A stretch of 64,000 nt of DNA from a virus (taxonomy: Duplodnaviria; Caudoviricetes): positions 32,001 to 96,000 of the IMG/VR virus record IMGVR_UViG_3300033062_002592; one strand, written 5' to 3'. Under the pieces are notes generated by a model. The model was not told the DNA's origin. It saw nothing but the letters and a program-made list of their open reading frames with translations, and did not search any database. Numbering within the stretch: the first letter of the stretch is position 1; every line of letters begins with the position of its first letter. A program made the position numbers and the translations under genes. This document shows, one piece after another, positions 1 through 9,541 of this stretch.

Positions 1-111
1 GAATATTGGCACTTCTGGATTTTTGAAGTTATTTCACCTTTAGGTAAAACTGAGTTTGTAAAAGAATTAGATGGAGAGGACACATATCTCAATTTTATTA
101 AAGGAATGTAA
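1..111 (+). CDS. 3' end of an upstream hypothetical gene (partial)
   Basis: Frame 1 is open from the window edge (EYWHFWIFEVISPLGK...KGM) to TAA at 109-111, directly before the next ATG. Confidence 0.5.
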   Translation, partial: EYWHFWIFEVISPLGKTEFVKELDGEDTYLNFIKGM

Positions 112-113
112 AG

Positions 114-410
114 ATGATAAAAATGTCGAAAAGAATAAATATTAATGAATCTGCAAATGTAGAAATTTTAATTTCTAAAGCTCCAGATGATTCAGAAGAA
201 CGTAAAAAATGGGCTTATCAATTGATGCGAATACAGGTTGCCATGTGGGTCGATGGTATCAGCAAATGCAACCAATGCGGGCATATTTATACAACTGTTG
301 ATGATTTTTTAGAGAGGAATCCTAGGAGCGGTGGATTTGATAAAAACGATAAACTAATATTTGTTGATGATAAGTGTTTTGAAGAGTGGAGTAAAAATCA
401 TGAAGTTTAA
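114..410 (+). CDS. Hypothetical protein with CxxC motif
   Basis: 98-aa ORF with CNQC; tightly packed in the + strand operon. Confidence 0.65.
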   Translation: MIKMSKRININESANVEILISKAPDDSEERKKWAYQLMRIQVAMWVDGISKCNQCGHIYTTVDDFLERNPRSGGFDKNDKLIFVDDKCFEEWSKNHEV

Positions 411-1221
411 ATGTAAAATTTCCGACCTTCAAACAATTTGTCAACTCGTGTCACTGAAAGGTAAAAATATTCAAGGCAAAGATTATAGAGCCATTTTAGA
501 TTGCCTCGCAACTGTTGACCAAGGAAAATTAATAATTCAAGCAATGGATATTCAAGGAACCTTCGCAGTTAAATTAGAGTATCAACTTGATAAACTTTCT
601 CCAATTGAAGCAGGAACATTGCCAATTGGTGATATCGAACACTTCGAAGAATTTCTAGCAAGATTCGAAACATCTAATGATGTCACGGTTTCAATTGAAG
701 GCAACAAAATTGTTATTGAAAGAACTTTACCCCATAAAATTGCACGTATTCCCATGGCTGATATATCAACAATTACTTCAAAAGAAACGCCAGCCCTTAC
801 AAAGCTGCAATTTTCTCAATATGGATTTCCAACAGCCGGAAAAACCTCTTTAAATCTTTCTATAACTATAGATGCTGAATCAATCAAAAACATCTTCGAA
901 GATGGCAATGTTATCAAACAGAGAATTCTTCCTTGGAAAGTTGATAATAATCAACTGCGAGTTTCTATAGGTTCAGAGCAGTTTGGCGAGTTTGAAACCG
1001 AAGTTGCACTTGAAGACCTTCAAAGCGACCCTGAAAAGCCTGGCTTAAAGCATACTCAAGCAGCTTTCGGCAACGGTTTAGACAACATCTTTGCCAATCT
1101 ATCGGGTAAAGTGAAAATCTTCTTAGCTGATGAAGTTGAAAACGGCATCATGGTTGTGACTCAAGAAACTGATAAGTACAAATTCCTTGCCATGTTGGCA
1201 CCACATGCAACGAAGGAATAA
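400..1221 (+). CDS. pcn: DNA sliding clamp (PCNA-like)
   Basis: About 270 aa. N-terminal MKFKCKISDL...LIIQAMD and C-terminal FLAMLAP match PCNA hallmarks (LxAMD, YLAP). Likely ATG at 400. Confidence 0.75.
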   Translation: MKFKCKISDLQTICQLVSLKGKNIQGKDYRAILDCLATVDQGKLIIQAMDIQGTFAVKLEYQLDKLSPIEAGTLPIGDIEHFEEFLARFETSNDVTVSIEGNKIVIERTLPHKIARIPMADISTITSKETPALTKLQFSQYGFPTAGKTSLNLSITIDAESIKNIFEDGNVIKQRILPWKVDNNQLRVSIGSEQFGEFETEVALEDLQSDPEKPGLKHTQAAFGNGLDNIFANLSGKVKIFLADEVENGIMVVTQETDKYKFLAMLAPHATKE

Positions 1222-1274
1222 TTGTTGGGAATCTATCATACTGCGCTCGGTTCTAATTTTAGAGGAATATATAA

Positions 1275-2213
1275 ATGGTTCTTAAGTGCATAAGCTGTGG
1301 GCGTGAATTTCCTGAAGTATTTAATTACATCAGTTGCCCTCATTGTAGCACGGATGAAATTCATAATTGGTTGTATTCTACAAGCCTAAAAGTTTTTCCT
1401 TTCAAAGAATCTCCTCTGCAAAAAATAGACAAGACAAATGATTTGGGCAAAGAATTTTGGCTCAAGCGCGAAGATAAAAATCCTTTTGGAACTTTTAAAG
1501 ACCGCAAGTCAAATTACATCAAATGCAAATTCAGATCCATAGAGGCTGGACATGAATATGAGAAAATCCAGAAATTTGCTCTAGCCTCCAGTGGTAATAT
1601 GGCAATTTCTTTTGGTTCTATAAACTCTAGTCATCCTTGTTTTACACGCTTGTTTGTTTCTCCTCATATTAATTTAAAGAAATTACAAGCTTTACAAAAA
1701 TTGAATTACCGAGAAATCAATTTTACAGATAAAATATTGACAACTGATGAACTTACAAATGATGAATCCGATAGGTGGAACATCACGAATGGAATGGATC
1801 CCATAGGCGCTTCAGCCTACTATAGCCTTGGTTTAGAGTTAGAACCATATGATTTTGACAACATCATTGTGCCCTGCGGCTCAGGAGAATTGTATTCGGC
1901 TTTAGCAATTTATTTCCACATTCTACGAGGAAAAGATAGGCCATATATTTATCCTATAACAAGTAATCGCCCAGAAGCCGATGCCATAAGAACAAGTTTT
2001 GTTGCTTCAGAGCCTTTAATTTATAATCTTAATTCGTATGATTGGGGTGACACAAGTATAGATGGAGTGGAATCATATGATGATGCCGAAAGACTTAAAT
2101 ACTTTAGTGACTGCTATAATTGTGAATATTCATCTGCTGTAGTATTTGCAGCATTTGAAAAATTGGAATTGAAAGGCAAAACTTGCCTGATTGTAACAGG
2201 TGCCAAAAAATGA
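1275..2213 (+). CDS. PLP-dependent enzyme, fold type II (threonine synthase/cysteine synthase family) with N-terminal Zn ribbon
   Basis: KREDKNPFGTFKDR (Schiff-base Lys), ASSGN, VPCGSG, EYSSA and C-terminal IVTG; N-terminal CxxC...CxxC. Confidence 0.85.
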   Translation: MVLKCISCGREFPEVFNYISCPHCSTDEIHNWLYSTSLKVFPFKESPLQKIDKTNDLGKEFWLKREDKNPFGTFKDRKSNYIKCKFRSIEAGHEYEKIQKFALASSGNMAISFGSINSSHPCFTRLFVSPHINLKKLQALQKLNYREINFTDKILTTDELTNDESDRWNITNGMDPIGASAYYSLGLELEPYDFDNIIVPCGSGELYSALAIYFHILRGKDRPYIYPITSNRPEADAIRTSFVASEPLIYNLNSYDWGDTSIDGVESYDDAERLKYFSDCYNCEYSSAVVFAAFEKLELKGKTCLIVTGAKK

Positions 2214-2452
2214 AAGGCAAAAAACTATTTTCGGGATGGGTTGGCAATATTAAATCGTGGGCAACTTTCAGAGTAAATGAATCGAAACCAGTAATGATTT
2301 TTGTTTATTCAGATAGAATTGAACTTTGGGTTCAAACATTTGACGGAAAAAACCTCAAAACAGAAATGAAAAAATTTGACTACCGAGATTTAATCTTAAT
2401 GAACGATACTTTGAATAAAATTATGAGGCCCATAAATGAAAAAAACCATTAA
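2210..2452 (+). CDS. Hypothetical protein
   Basis: ATG at 2210 overlaps the previous stop (ATGA). Confidence 0.55.
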   Translation: MKGKKLFSGWVGNIKSWATFRVNESKPVMIFVYSDRIELWVQTFDGKNLKTEMKKFDYRDLILMNDTLNKIMRPINEKNH

Positions 2453-2537
2453 ATGTGATATATGCGGAGAAGAAATCCCCCTTAAAAATTTTGATAAACA
2501 TTATGAACTTTGTAAATGGTGGAGAAGCTCTGATTGA
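2436..2537 (+). CDS. 33-aa C2HC zinc-finger microprotein (not in ORF track)
   Basis: MKKTIKCDICGEEIPLKNFDKHYELCKWWRSSD; fills the gap, and its TGA overlaps the TTG start of the methyltransferase. Confidence 0.6.
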   Translation: MKKTIKCDICGEEIPLKNFDKHYELCKWWRSSD

Positions 2538-3475
2538 AAGATGATTATAAAACCTCAGTTCCCAAAGCGGAGCTTCAAGACTCTAAAGACACTAGAGAAA
2601 GACTTTTGGCGAAATGGGGTTTCGAACCCCTTAGCATGATGTGGATGAATAAAATCCATGAAAGAACGCTCGATGTTTTAGTCGAAGATACCTTAGCGCA
2701 AGGCAGTTATGAAACACATAATTACAACATCAGAGATGGTGCGCTTGCGCAAACTCCCACTATTTTAGTTGAAAGATTAATTAAATTCTACACAGAACCA
2801 GGCGACACTATTTTAAATCCAATGTGTGAACGGGCTCCGCATTTATTAATTGCCAATTATCTCAAAAGACATGCCATCGGTCAAGACATCTGCGAAAAAT
2901 TTATTCGTCACGATGTTGAAAAGGTTAAGAAAAGAATTTTGGCTGCCCAAAGTTTAAATCCTGATGACAATAAAATCTTGGTAGAAACTGAAAATCTTTT
3001 CATTTCAGCCTACAACGGTTTGCAATTTGCTCTTATAAAAGGTGATAGCCGTCATATAGATTTACCCAATAATTCAATAGACTTCATTATAACTTCGCCG
3101 CCTTATTGGAATCTTGGCATCTACGGAGATGAACCCGAGCAGGCTGGCTCAGGAACTATGGCGGGTAAAGGTGATACTCCAACTTTTGTAGAATTTCTTG
3201 CAGCCATGAAAGATATCTATGCAGAATGTTATAGAGTCTTGAAACCTGGAAAATACATGGCAGTTCAAGTAAATGATTTTCGCAAAGGTGGAAAATTCTA
3301 TAATTACCATTGTGCTACAATTAATACTCTTGAAGATGTTGGCTTCAATCTGCATGATATCATCATATATAACACATCTTTACATCCTTTGGCTGCAATT
3401 TTCACGAGTCAACTCGCGGAACGCCGAATTTTCGCAAAAAATCATGAATACAATATAACAGTAAGGAAAGATTAG
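2534..3475 (+). CDS. Amino (N4-C/N6-A) DNA methyltransferase-like protein with atypical SAM motif
   Basis: Motif IV TSPPY, ECYRVLKPGK and HEY are present. Motif I reads GDTILNPMCERAP instead of the usual DPFxGxG. Confidence 0.8.
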   Translation: MKDDYKTSVPKAELQDSKDTRERLLAKWGFEPLSMMWMNKIHERTLDVLVEDTLAQGSYETHNYNIRDGALAQTPTILVERLIKFYTEPGDTILNPMCERAPHLLIANYLKRHAIGQDICEKFIRHDVEKVKKRILAAQSLNPDDNKILVETENLFISAYNGLQFALIKGDSRHIDLPNNSIDFIITSPPYWNLGIYGDEPEQAGSGTMAGKGDTPTFVEFLAAMKDIYAECYRVLKPGKYMAVQVNDFRKGGKFYNYHCATINTLEDVGFNLHDIIIYNTSLHPLAAIFTSQLAERRIFAKNHEYNITVRKD

Positions 3476-3478
3476 TAT

Positions 3479-4102
3479 TTGCAATGTTTAGTTTGTGGTA
3501 ATAATTTTATTCCAACAAATCCTAATCATTTTCCTAAACAAATTTATTGTAGTAAAAAATGCCGCGTTAAATTACAGAATAAACGAACCCATAATAAACA
3601 TTTAAAACCAAAAACAACAAAATTTTGTTTGTTTTGTGGTAAAGAATTTATGCCATTATTATTTCATCAAACAGAACAAAAATTTTGTTGTTTAGAATGT
3701 GGTAGAAAGCATTGGAGATTAAATAATAAAGATAAATTTAAAATATACCAAAAACGTTTTAAAGAAAAGCATGGAAAGAGAATAAGAGCGATAAAAAGAA
3801 AAACAACTCTTGGTGCTTCTATAAATGGTAAAGTTGTTTATTATAAAAACGTTATAAAAAGAGATTTTCCTTTAGATAATTTATGTGAACTTTGTCACAC
3901 AAAACCTCCTAAAGGATATCATCATTGGAGAGATTCTGATATAGAAGAATCTCAAAGGGAAAGAAAAATTATAGCAGGATTGTGGCTTTGTAATCGTTGT
4001 CATACATTGGTTGAAGATTTTGAAAATGAATCTGTACAAAAAATTTTATTGATTTACCTTTGTAAAAAAGAATTAATCGATAAAAAATTGGGGTATATTT
4101 GA
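3479..4102 (+). CDS. Zn-finger HNH-like homing endonuclease
   Basis: Repeated CxxC...YCSxxC / FCCxxC DNA-binding fingers, then CELC...HHW...LCNRCH. Very basic, AT-rich, overlaps the polB start. Confidence 0.65.
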   Translation: MQCLVCGNNFIPTNPNHFPKQIYCSKKCRVKLQNKRTHNKHLKPKTTKFCLFCGKEFMPLLFHQTEQKFCCLECGRKHWRLNNKDKFKIYQKRFKEKHGKRIRAIKRKTTLGASINGKVVYYKNVIKRDFPLDNLCELCHTKPPKGYHHWRDSDIEESQRERKIIAGLWLCNRCHTLVEDFENESVQKILLIYLCKKELIDKKLGYI

Positions 4103-6432
4103 AACTCACGACTTTGGATTACATTGAAGTCAATAAAGAGCCAGTGCTTGCCCTGTTCGTTAGAAATGGTAAACAAAGAGAGATGCACATTGTTAAAGAC
4201 TTCAAGCCCTATTTTTATGTTCCATCCCTAGAGCTTGGAGAAGGTTTCCAGGCTATAGATGGTATGCTTGTTAAAAAAATCTATACAAAACTTCCTCAGG
4301 ACGTTGAACATGAAAGACGAGATTATGATAAACATTGGGAAGCTGATGTTCATTTTTCAACCCGATACCTCATTGATTGCGTGCCACATATTGAGAAATC
4401 CGAACTTCGAGTTCAATATACTGATATTGAAAAAGATCCAGCTTCAAATAGAATTATATCCATCAGTGTGTATGACAATTATCTTCAGAAATGCATAGCA
4501 TTTGCCTGGCGCGAAGATTTATCTGAATCACGCAAAGACACTGTATATACATTTCCTTCTGGATATAAATTTAACGCTAGTATTCACTTATATAATTCAA
4601 GAGTTAAAATGCTTCAAAATTACATTAACTTCGTTAAAGATACCGATCCTGATATATTAACTGGATGGTTCTTTGTAAAATACGATGCTAAAGAATTGAT
4701 TCAAGAAATCAATTCTGTTGGACTCAAAGCATCTGATTTGTCACCATTGCATCGGGCATATATTATCGGTGAAGAAGTTTCAAAGATTGAATCCAACATT
4801 GCCATAAAAGGCAGAGTTCTCTGGGATATGCTTCATGCATATTCGGCTTTGCAACCTGGCCGTTTGCCTGATTATAGTTTAGAATCTGTAGCACAAAAAG
4901 AATTAGGTGAAGGTAAACATGCACATAAGCCGTTTAGTGAGTTATGGAGTGACATCGAAGAACTTGTTAATTATAATTGCAAGGACGCTGTCTTGGTCTA
5001 TCGTATCGACCAGAAACGTCATCTATTGGAATATTTCGATACCCTTAGGAGATTCGTTGGTTGTGAGTGGAACTCTCTTTTTCATGAAACGCTTTTGTGG
5101 GATACGTATATCCTGCGCAAGCTTCATAATACATTGGTTCTTCCCTCAAAAAATAGAAGGAAGAGTGAACGTTTTAAGGGAGCTAGAGTTCTCCAACCCA
5201 TTTCTAAAGGTATCCATAGGAACATCATTTTAATAGACCTCAAAAGTCTATATCCGTCAATAATCATTACATTCAACATGAGTCCCGAAACACTTGTTAA
5301 AAATAACGATTATAACAATTGTTACAAATTACCCAACGGTATAGCATTTAAAAAAGGCAAAATTGGAATCGTTCCTGAAGTTCTCTTAGAGCTTATGAAA
5401 CTTAGAGTTGAATTTAAAACAGAGATGAAGAAATATCCTTTTGGAGTCAGCGAATATGAATCATTATATCAGCAGCAGGAAGCTATCAAAATTTTGTTAA
5501 ATGCATTATATGGAGCGTTAGCGTATGAAAATTTCAGACTTGTTACCCCTGAAATTGCATCTGCTATACCATATGTTGGACGACATGTTCTTGAATTCAT
5601 TGTTAAAGAAGTCCAAGACCTCGGGTTCAAAGTATTATATGGTGACACAGATTCTATATTTATATGTGCGAATTCAGATGTTCCTAAAGAAAGTGTAAGG
5701 CAAATGCTCAGCATTTGCGAACATTTAAATGCTTCCCTTCCAAAATTTGCCAAAGATTTCGGCAACGCTGATAATTGTACTATAAGAATTGAGCCCAAAA
5801 AAATCTACAAATCATTGATGATTAGTGAAAAGAAATCTGGTGAAGTTGCAACTGCCAAAAAGCGCTATGGAGGCATCATTATGTGGGCCAATAATGAATA
5901 TATTGATATGAATTCTGAAAAAGCTCTAGAAATCATGGGCTTTGAATCCAAGCGTAGTGACAGCAGTGCCTTCTCAAGAGAGCTTCAGAAAAAAGTCATA
6001 CGTATGCTTTTAGAGGGTAAGTCGAAGACAGACCTAAAGCTTTATATAGAGGGATGCATCAATAGTATTAGCGGCAAAGATATTGATTACGAATATGTGG
6101 GAATTCCGAAAGGTCTGTCTCAAAGCCTCGAAAGCTATAAGACAGACAACCCACATCGCCGCGCCGCTCTTTATTCAAACAAATATTTAGGGATGAAATT
6201 TGGTATTGCTGATAAACCCAAAATCTTGTATGTTCGTGCTACTGGTAAATACCCACGAACCGATGTTGTTGCATTTTCATCGAATGAGGATCTTCCATCA
6301 GATTTTAAAATGGATGTAGATACCATGATTGACAAATCCATACGAATGAAAATAGAGCATATTTTGGATGCAGCAAATCTTGACTTCAACGAAATATTGC
6401 ATCCTTCTTCAAAGTTGTCAGAATTCATTTAA
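4099..6432 (+). CDS. polB: Family B DNA polymerase
   Basis: Exonuclease motifs DIE and YNCKD; polymerase motifs DLKSLYPS, KILLNALYG, YGDTDS, KKRY; C-terminal PIP-like SKLSEFI. Confidence 0.97.
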   Translation: MKLTTLDYIEVNKEPVLALFVRNGKQREMHIVKDFKPYFYVPSLELGEGFQAIDGMLVKKIYTKLPQDVEHERRDYDKHWEADVHFSTRYLIDCVPHIEKSELRVQYTDIEKDPASNRIISISVYDNYLQKCIAFAWREDLSESRKDTVYTFPSGYKFNASIHLYNSRVKMLQNYINFVKDTDPDILTGWFFVKYDAKELIQEINSVGLKASDLSPLHRAYIIGEEVSKIESNIAIKGRVLWDMLHAYSALQPGRLPDYSLESVAQKELGEGKHAHKPFSELWSDIEELVNYNCKDAVLVYRIDQKRHLLEYFDTLRRFVGCEWNSLFHETLLWDTYILRKLHNTLVLPSKNRRKSERFKGARVLQPISKGIHRNIILIDLKSLYPSIIITFNMSPETLVKNNDYNNCYKLPNGIAFKKGKIGIVPEVLLELMKLRVEFKTEMKKYPFGVSEYESLYQQQEAIKILLNALYGALAYENFRLVTPEIASAIPYVGRHVLEFIVKEVQDLGFKVLYGDTDSIFICANSDVPKESVRQMLSICEHLNASLPKFAKDFGNADNCTIRIEPKKIYKSLMISEKKSGEVATAKKRYGGIIMWANNEYIDMNSEKALEIMGFESKRSDSSAFSRELQKKVIRMLLEGKSKTDLKLYIEGCINSISGKDIDYEYVGIPKGLSQSLESYKTDNPHRRAALYSNKYLGMKFGIADKPKILYVRATGKYPRTDVVAFSSNEDLPSDFKMDVDTMIDKSIRMKIEHILDAANLDFNEILHPSSKLSEFI

Positions 6433-6445
6433 ATGAGGTGATAAA

Positions 6446-7156
6446 ATGTTAAAAGGCGAAGAAAAGAATGAATGGACTAAAGATGAAATAAAAATTCTAC
6501 AAAAATATTATCCAGCCTTAGGCTCAAGAATGCAAGACTTTTTACCACAAAGAACCCCCTCTTCAATAGGTCATAAAGCATCAAGGTTAGGTCTTAGATT
6601 CCAAGACTTGGCTCAAGGTAAAGTTGGCTTTCTCGACATAGAATCCTCGGGTCTACAAGGAGACTTCGGATTCATGTATTCATGGTGTGTTAAAACCATG
6701 GGTGATTCTGAATTACATTATGGACTCATAACTGCTGATGAAATCAGATCCGGCGTTCTTGACAAACGTATAATTGAAGAACTTGTAGAAACTTTGAAAC
6801 AATATAAGAGAATCTATACATATTACGGATCCAGATTTGATGTGCCGTTTGCAAGAACACGAGCTTTGGCCCATGGATTAGAATTCGTTCCCTATGGACT
6901 TGTACAACATAAAGACATTTGGTTTTTAGCTCGAAGAGTTCTAAAATTACACCGAAACAGACTTGAAAATGTCTGTGACCTTCTAGGCATCAAAGGCAAG
7001 ACACATCTTGAACCCCATATTTGGGTCATGGCTAATACCGGAAACACAGAATCTTTGAAATATATATTAGAACATAATATGGCTGACGTTGAAATTCTTG
7101 AGAAAGTTTATAGGAAACTTCAAGAATATGAAGCAATAAGCAGAAGGTACATGTAA
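6446..7156 (+). CDS. DEDD/RNase H-like exonuclease (YprB-like) with N-terminal HTH/Myb-like domain
   Basis: FLDIES, YYGSRFD, HNMADV; N-terminal WTKDEIKIL...RTPSSIGHKASRLGL; GAGGTGA RBS upstream. Confidence 0.8.
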   Translation: MLKGEEKNEWTKDEIKILQKYYPALGSRMQDFLPQRTPSSIGHKASRLGLRFQDLAQGKVGFLDIESSGLQGDFGFMYSWCVKTMGDSELHYGLITADEIRSGVLDKRIIEELVETLKQYKRIYTYYGSRFDVPFARTRALAHGLEFVPYGLVQHKDIWFLARRVLKLHRNRLENVCDLLGIKGKTHLEPHIWVMANTGNTESLKYILEHNMADVEILEKVYRKLQEYEAISRRYM

Positions 7157-7381
7157 ATGGAACTAAAATGTGATTGGCGAGGATGCAAAAATCCCGCCTT
7201 TGCAGAGGTTGATTGGGATGCCAAAGATGGAAATTGGTATTGGAGCAATCTTTGCTTTCCGCATTTTTTTCTTGAAAGATATATTCGTAGAAGAGAGTTA
7301 GGATGGTGTCTTTCTCAAGTTTGGTATTCCCATTTTTGGAATTCAGTATGGCAGGTTATAGTAAAATATGTTCCTTTCTAA
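7157..7381 (+). CDS. Small Cys/Trp-rich protein
   Basis: CDWRGC...LCFPH zinc-binding pattern; abuts both neighbours. Confidence 0.6.
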   Translation: MELKCDWRGCKNPAFAEVDWDAKDGNWYWSNLCFPHFFLERYIRRRELGWCLSQVWYSHFWNSVWQVIVKYVPF

Positions 7382-8114
7382 ATCATCTTTAAATACTTGG
7401 CTACAATGTCCAGCCAAGTTTAAATATATATATATTGATAAGTGTAGACCAGAAACTTCTCCTCAAGCTCAACGCGGTATAGAAGTTCATGACTTTTGTA
7501 ACCACTTCTATGATAATATCAGCTTTAAAAATGGAGATGTCATTGTTGACCGAGACTTCCTAGAGCCTTATCTAGAAATGTGTATGGAAGAAACAAAAGA
7601 ACAAATCAATAATTTCATAGAATTTGAACAACAAAGATGGCGCATCTGTAGAAGCCTTTGTCCCAAAAATCCTAGAAAATTGTTTCTCCCGCTTTTAAGG
7701 GAAGAAAAATTTGTATCAGAAAAGCTGCAGCAAGTTACCATTGTTGATAGGATGGATCAGAGGCTCGATGGTAACTATACACTTGTAGAATACAAATCTG
7801 AAAGATTTCAAGAAAAAGAATGGAAGAAAACCGAGTTTCGCAGAGAAATGATGTTTGAAAAAATCACATGCGAAACTACGCCGGATTTCCAAGCCCGTTT
7901 CCCATATAATATCGTTGAATTCGTAGTTTACTTTCCCCGATCCAATGATGTGATGATGGAGAATTTCAATTACCGCACGGCTTCAGCTTTGAAGAAATCT
8001 ATAGAGCGAATGCGGATTGCCATCGAGAATTCGTATTATCCATGCAATGTGGAATATCATTGCAGATTTTGCGCGTTCAGCCTTGGACTATGTCCGATGG
8101 AGTTTGAAAAATAA
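7368..8114 (+). CDS. PD-(D/E)xK nuclease, Cas4/AddB-like
   Basis: LSKSSLNTWLQCP, RGIEVH, VDRMD...VEYK, and C-terminal HCRFCAFSLGLC Fe-S cysteines. Confidence 0.85.
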   Translation: MFLSKSSLNTWLQCPAKFKYIYIDKCRPETSPQAQRGIEVHDFCNHFYDNISFKNGDVIVDRDFLEPYLEMCMEETKEQINNFIEFEQQRWRICRSLCPKNPRKLFLPLLREEKFVSEKLQQVTIVDRMDQRLDGNYTLVEYKSERFQEKEWKKTEFRREMMFEKITCETTPDFQARFPYNIVEFVVYFPRSNDVMMENFNYRTASALKKSIERMRIAIENSYYPCNVEYHCRFCAFSLGLCPMEFEK

Positions 8115-8281
8115 TGGTTATTTGGTGTGAAAACAGAAATTGCGATTTCTGCGTTGATGATTATACACATTGTTGTTTAGAGGACGCAAATATTGATAAA
8201 TATGGAAAATGCGCAAAATTTAAAAGGAGGAATAAATATAAAAAAGACCAAAATGAAATGCGGCAATTGCGGCAGTATTGA
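8114..8281 (+). CDS. 55-aa Cys-rich microprotein (not in ORF track)
   Basis: MVIWCENRNCDFCVDDYTHCCLEDANIDKYGKCAKF...; TAATG coupling to the previous gene. Confidence 0.55.
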   Translation: MVIWCENRNCDFCVDDYTHCCLEDANIDKYGKCAKFKRRNKYKKDQNEMRQLRQY

Positions 8282-8414
8282 TGTTGTTGAAAGTCTCTAC
8301 GATAATCCTGATATAGATTGGGAATCATATGATGCAAAACCATTAAGTCCTAAAGAACGTGAATACACAATAACATGTAATGAATGCGGGCATGTAACCC
8401 ATTTCAGGAAATGA
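8253..8414 (+). CDS. Zn-ribbon microprotein
   Basis: CGNC...CNECGH. Start is ATG 8253, or ATA 8238 behind AGGAGG. Confidence 0.65.
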   Translation: MKCGNCGSIDVVESLYDNPDIDWESYDAKPLSPKEREYTITCNECGHVTHFRK

Positions 8415-8418
8415 TATT

Positions 8419-9420
8419 ATGTGGTTGGGTCCTTTTGCCGATTTTCCTCGTGAAATGGGATACCCGGCCCGTTCTGGAATAGTTTACTCCATGAAAGAGT
8501 TTCTTGAAAAAATCAATTTACATAATCAAAAGACCAATGTATTCACAACTCTCTACAGTTTTGATTCTATAAATTCGAATGGCAAACCAGATTATGATTC
8601 TACAAGGATTGAGCATATATTCTTTGACTTAGATAATGGTAATGCTAATGAAAACATATTCAAATTACACAATTACCTTTTAGATAAAGATTTATTTCAT
8701 ACAATATTTTTTAGTGGTGGTGGATTTCATTGTTACATTGCCTGTATATATCCAAACTTTTTGAAGAATAAAAAAGCTGCAATTTTCAATGCTGTCACAG
8801 ATATTTCTGACAAAAACGGATTTAAAATCGGTATAAATGAACATTCTGATATTGATGCGCATACTATTGGTAATATTGCTCAGCTTGTTAGAGTTCCAAA
8901 TACATTTAATTTAAAGCGCAAACTTTTCTGTATCCCAATTTTGGATGATGACCTCTTTGAAAATATGGAATACATTAAAGAAAAGGCAAAGAAGCAATCA
9001 AATTTATTTACAGTTTATGGGCATCATTATTTAGATTTAATGCCTTATGATAGAGAATCAGTTGAAAGATATAAGATACCTTCAATAGAAATGGGAGATT
9101 CCAGCAATGGCATTGAAAATATTGATGTCGAAAAATTTCATCCTTGTGTCAAAGCTCTTTTGACCAAAAGACTTATAAAGCACAGAGAGCGTTATATAGT
9201 TATCACGTATTGTAAAGAAATCGGGCTCCCTATAAAGGATACGATTTTATTGTTAAAAAAACATCTTGAACCTAGAGTATTGAATCATTGTGTGTTTGAA
9301 GAACATCAACCAATGTTCATTTACCGCCGAGCCGATTTGGGATTTCCAAGTTGTGAAAAACTTCGTCAAGAGGGATTATGTGTCGAAAAAGAAGGAAATA
9401 GATGTAATCTTCGAACTTGA
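8419..9420 (+). CDS. Archaeo-eukaryotic primase, PriS catalytic domain fused to PriL-like Fe-S C-terminal domain
   Basis: FFDLD, FSGGGFH and D...LVRVPNT; then PCV...HRER...C...PSCEKL...GLC as in the PriL C-terminal domain. Confidence 0.85.
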   Translation: MWLGPFADFPREMGYPARSGIVYSMKEFLEKINLHNQKTNVFTTLYSFDSINSNGKPDYDSTRIEHIFFDLDNGNANENIFKLHNYLLDKDLFHTIFFSGGGFHCYIACIYPNFLKNKKAAIFNAVTDISDKNGFKIGINEHSDIDAHTIGNIAQLVRVPNTFNLKRKLFCIPILDDDLFENMEYIKEKAKKQSNLFTVYGHHYLDLMPYDRESVERYKIPSIEMGDSSNGIENIDVEKFHPCVKALLTKRLIKHRERYIVITYCKEIGLPIKDTILLLKKHLEPRVLNHCVFEEHQPMFIYRRADLGFPSCEKLRQEGLCVEKEGNRCNLRT

Positions 9421-9541
9421 AAAGCTTCGAGCAAAAACCAATCGTCTTGAAAGATATTATCATAGTAATTTGAAATATATAAAAATCCTATTTGCAGAAA
9501 TAGATAAGTTGAAGAAAAATGGCAATTGTAGCACCGGATAA
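9380..9541 (+). CDS. Small coiled-coil hypothetical protein
   Basis: Probable GTG start at 9380; bridges primase and helicase. Confidence 0.45.
   Translation: MSKKKEIDVIFELEKLRAKTNRLERYYHSNLKYIKILFAEIDKLKKNGNCSTG

Noticed and set aside
7368-8114. Cas4 as part of a CRISPR-Cas system
   Set aside because: No cas1/cas2 or array; solo Cas4-like nucleases are common in viral replication modules.
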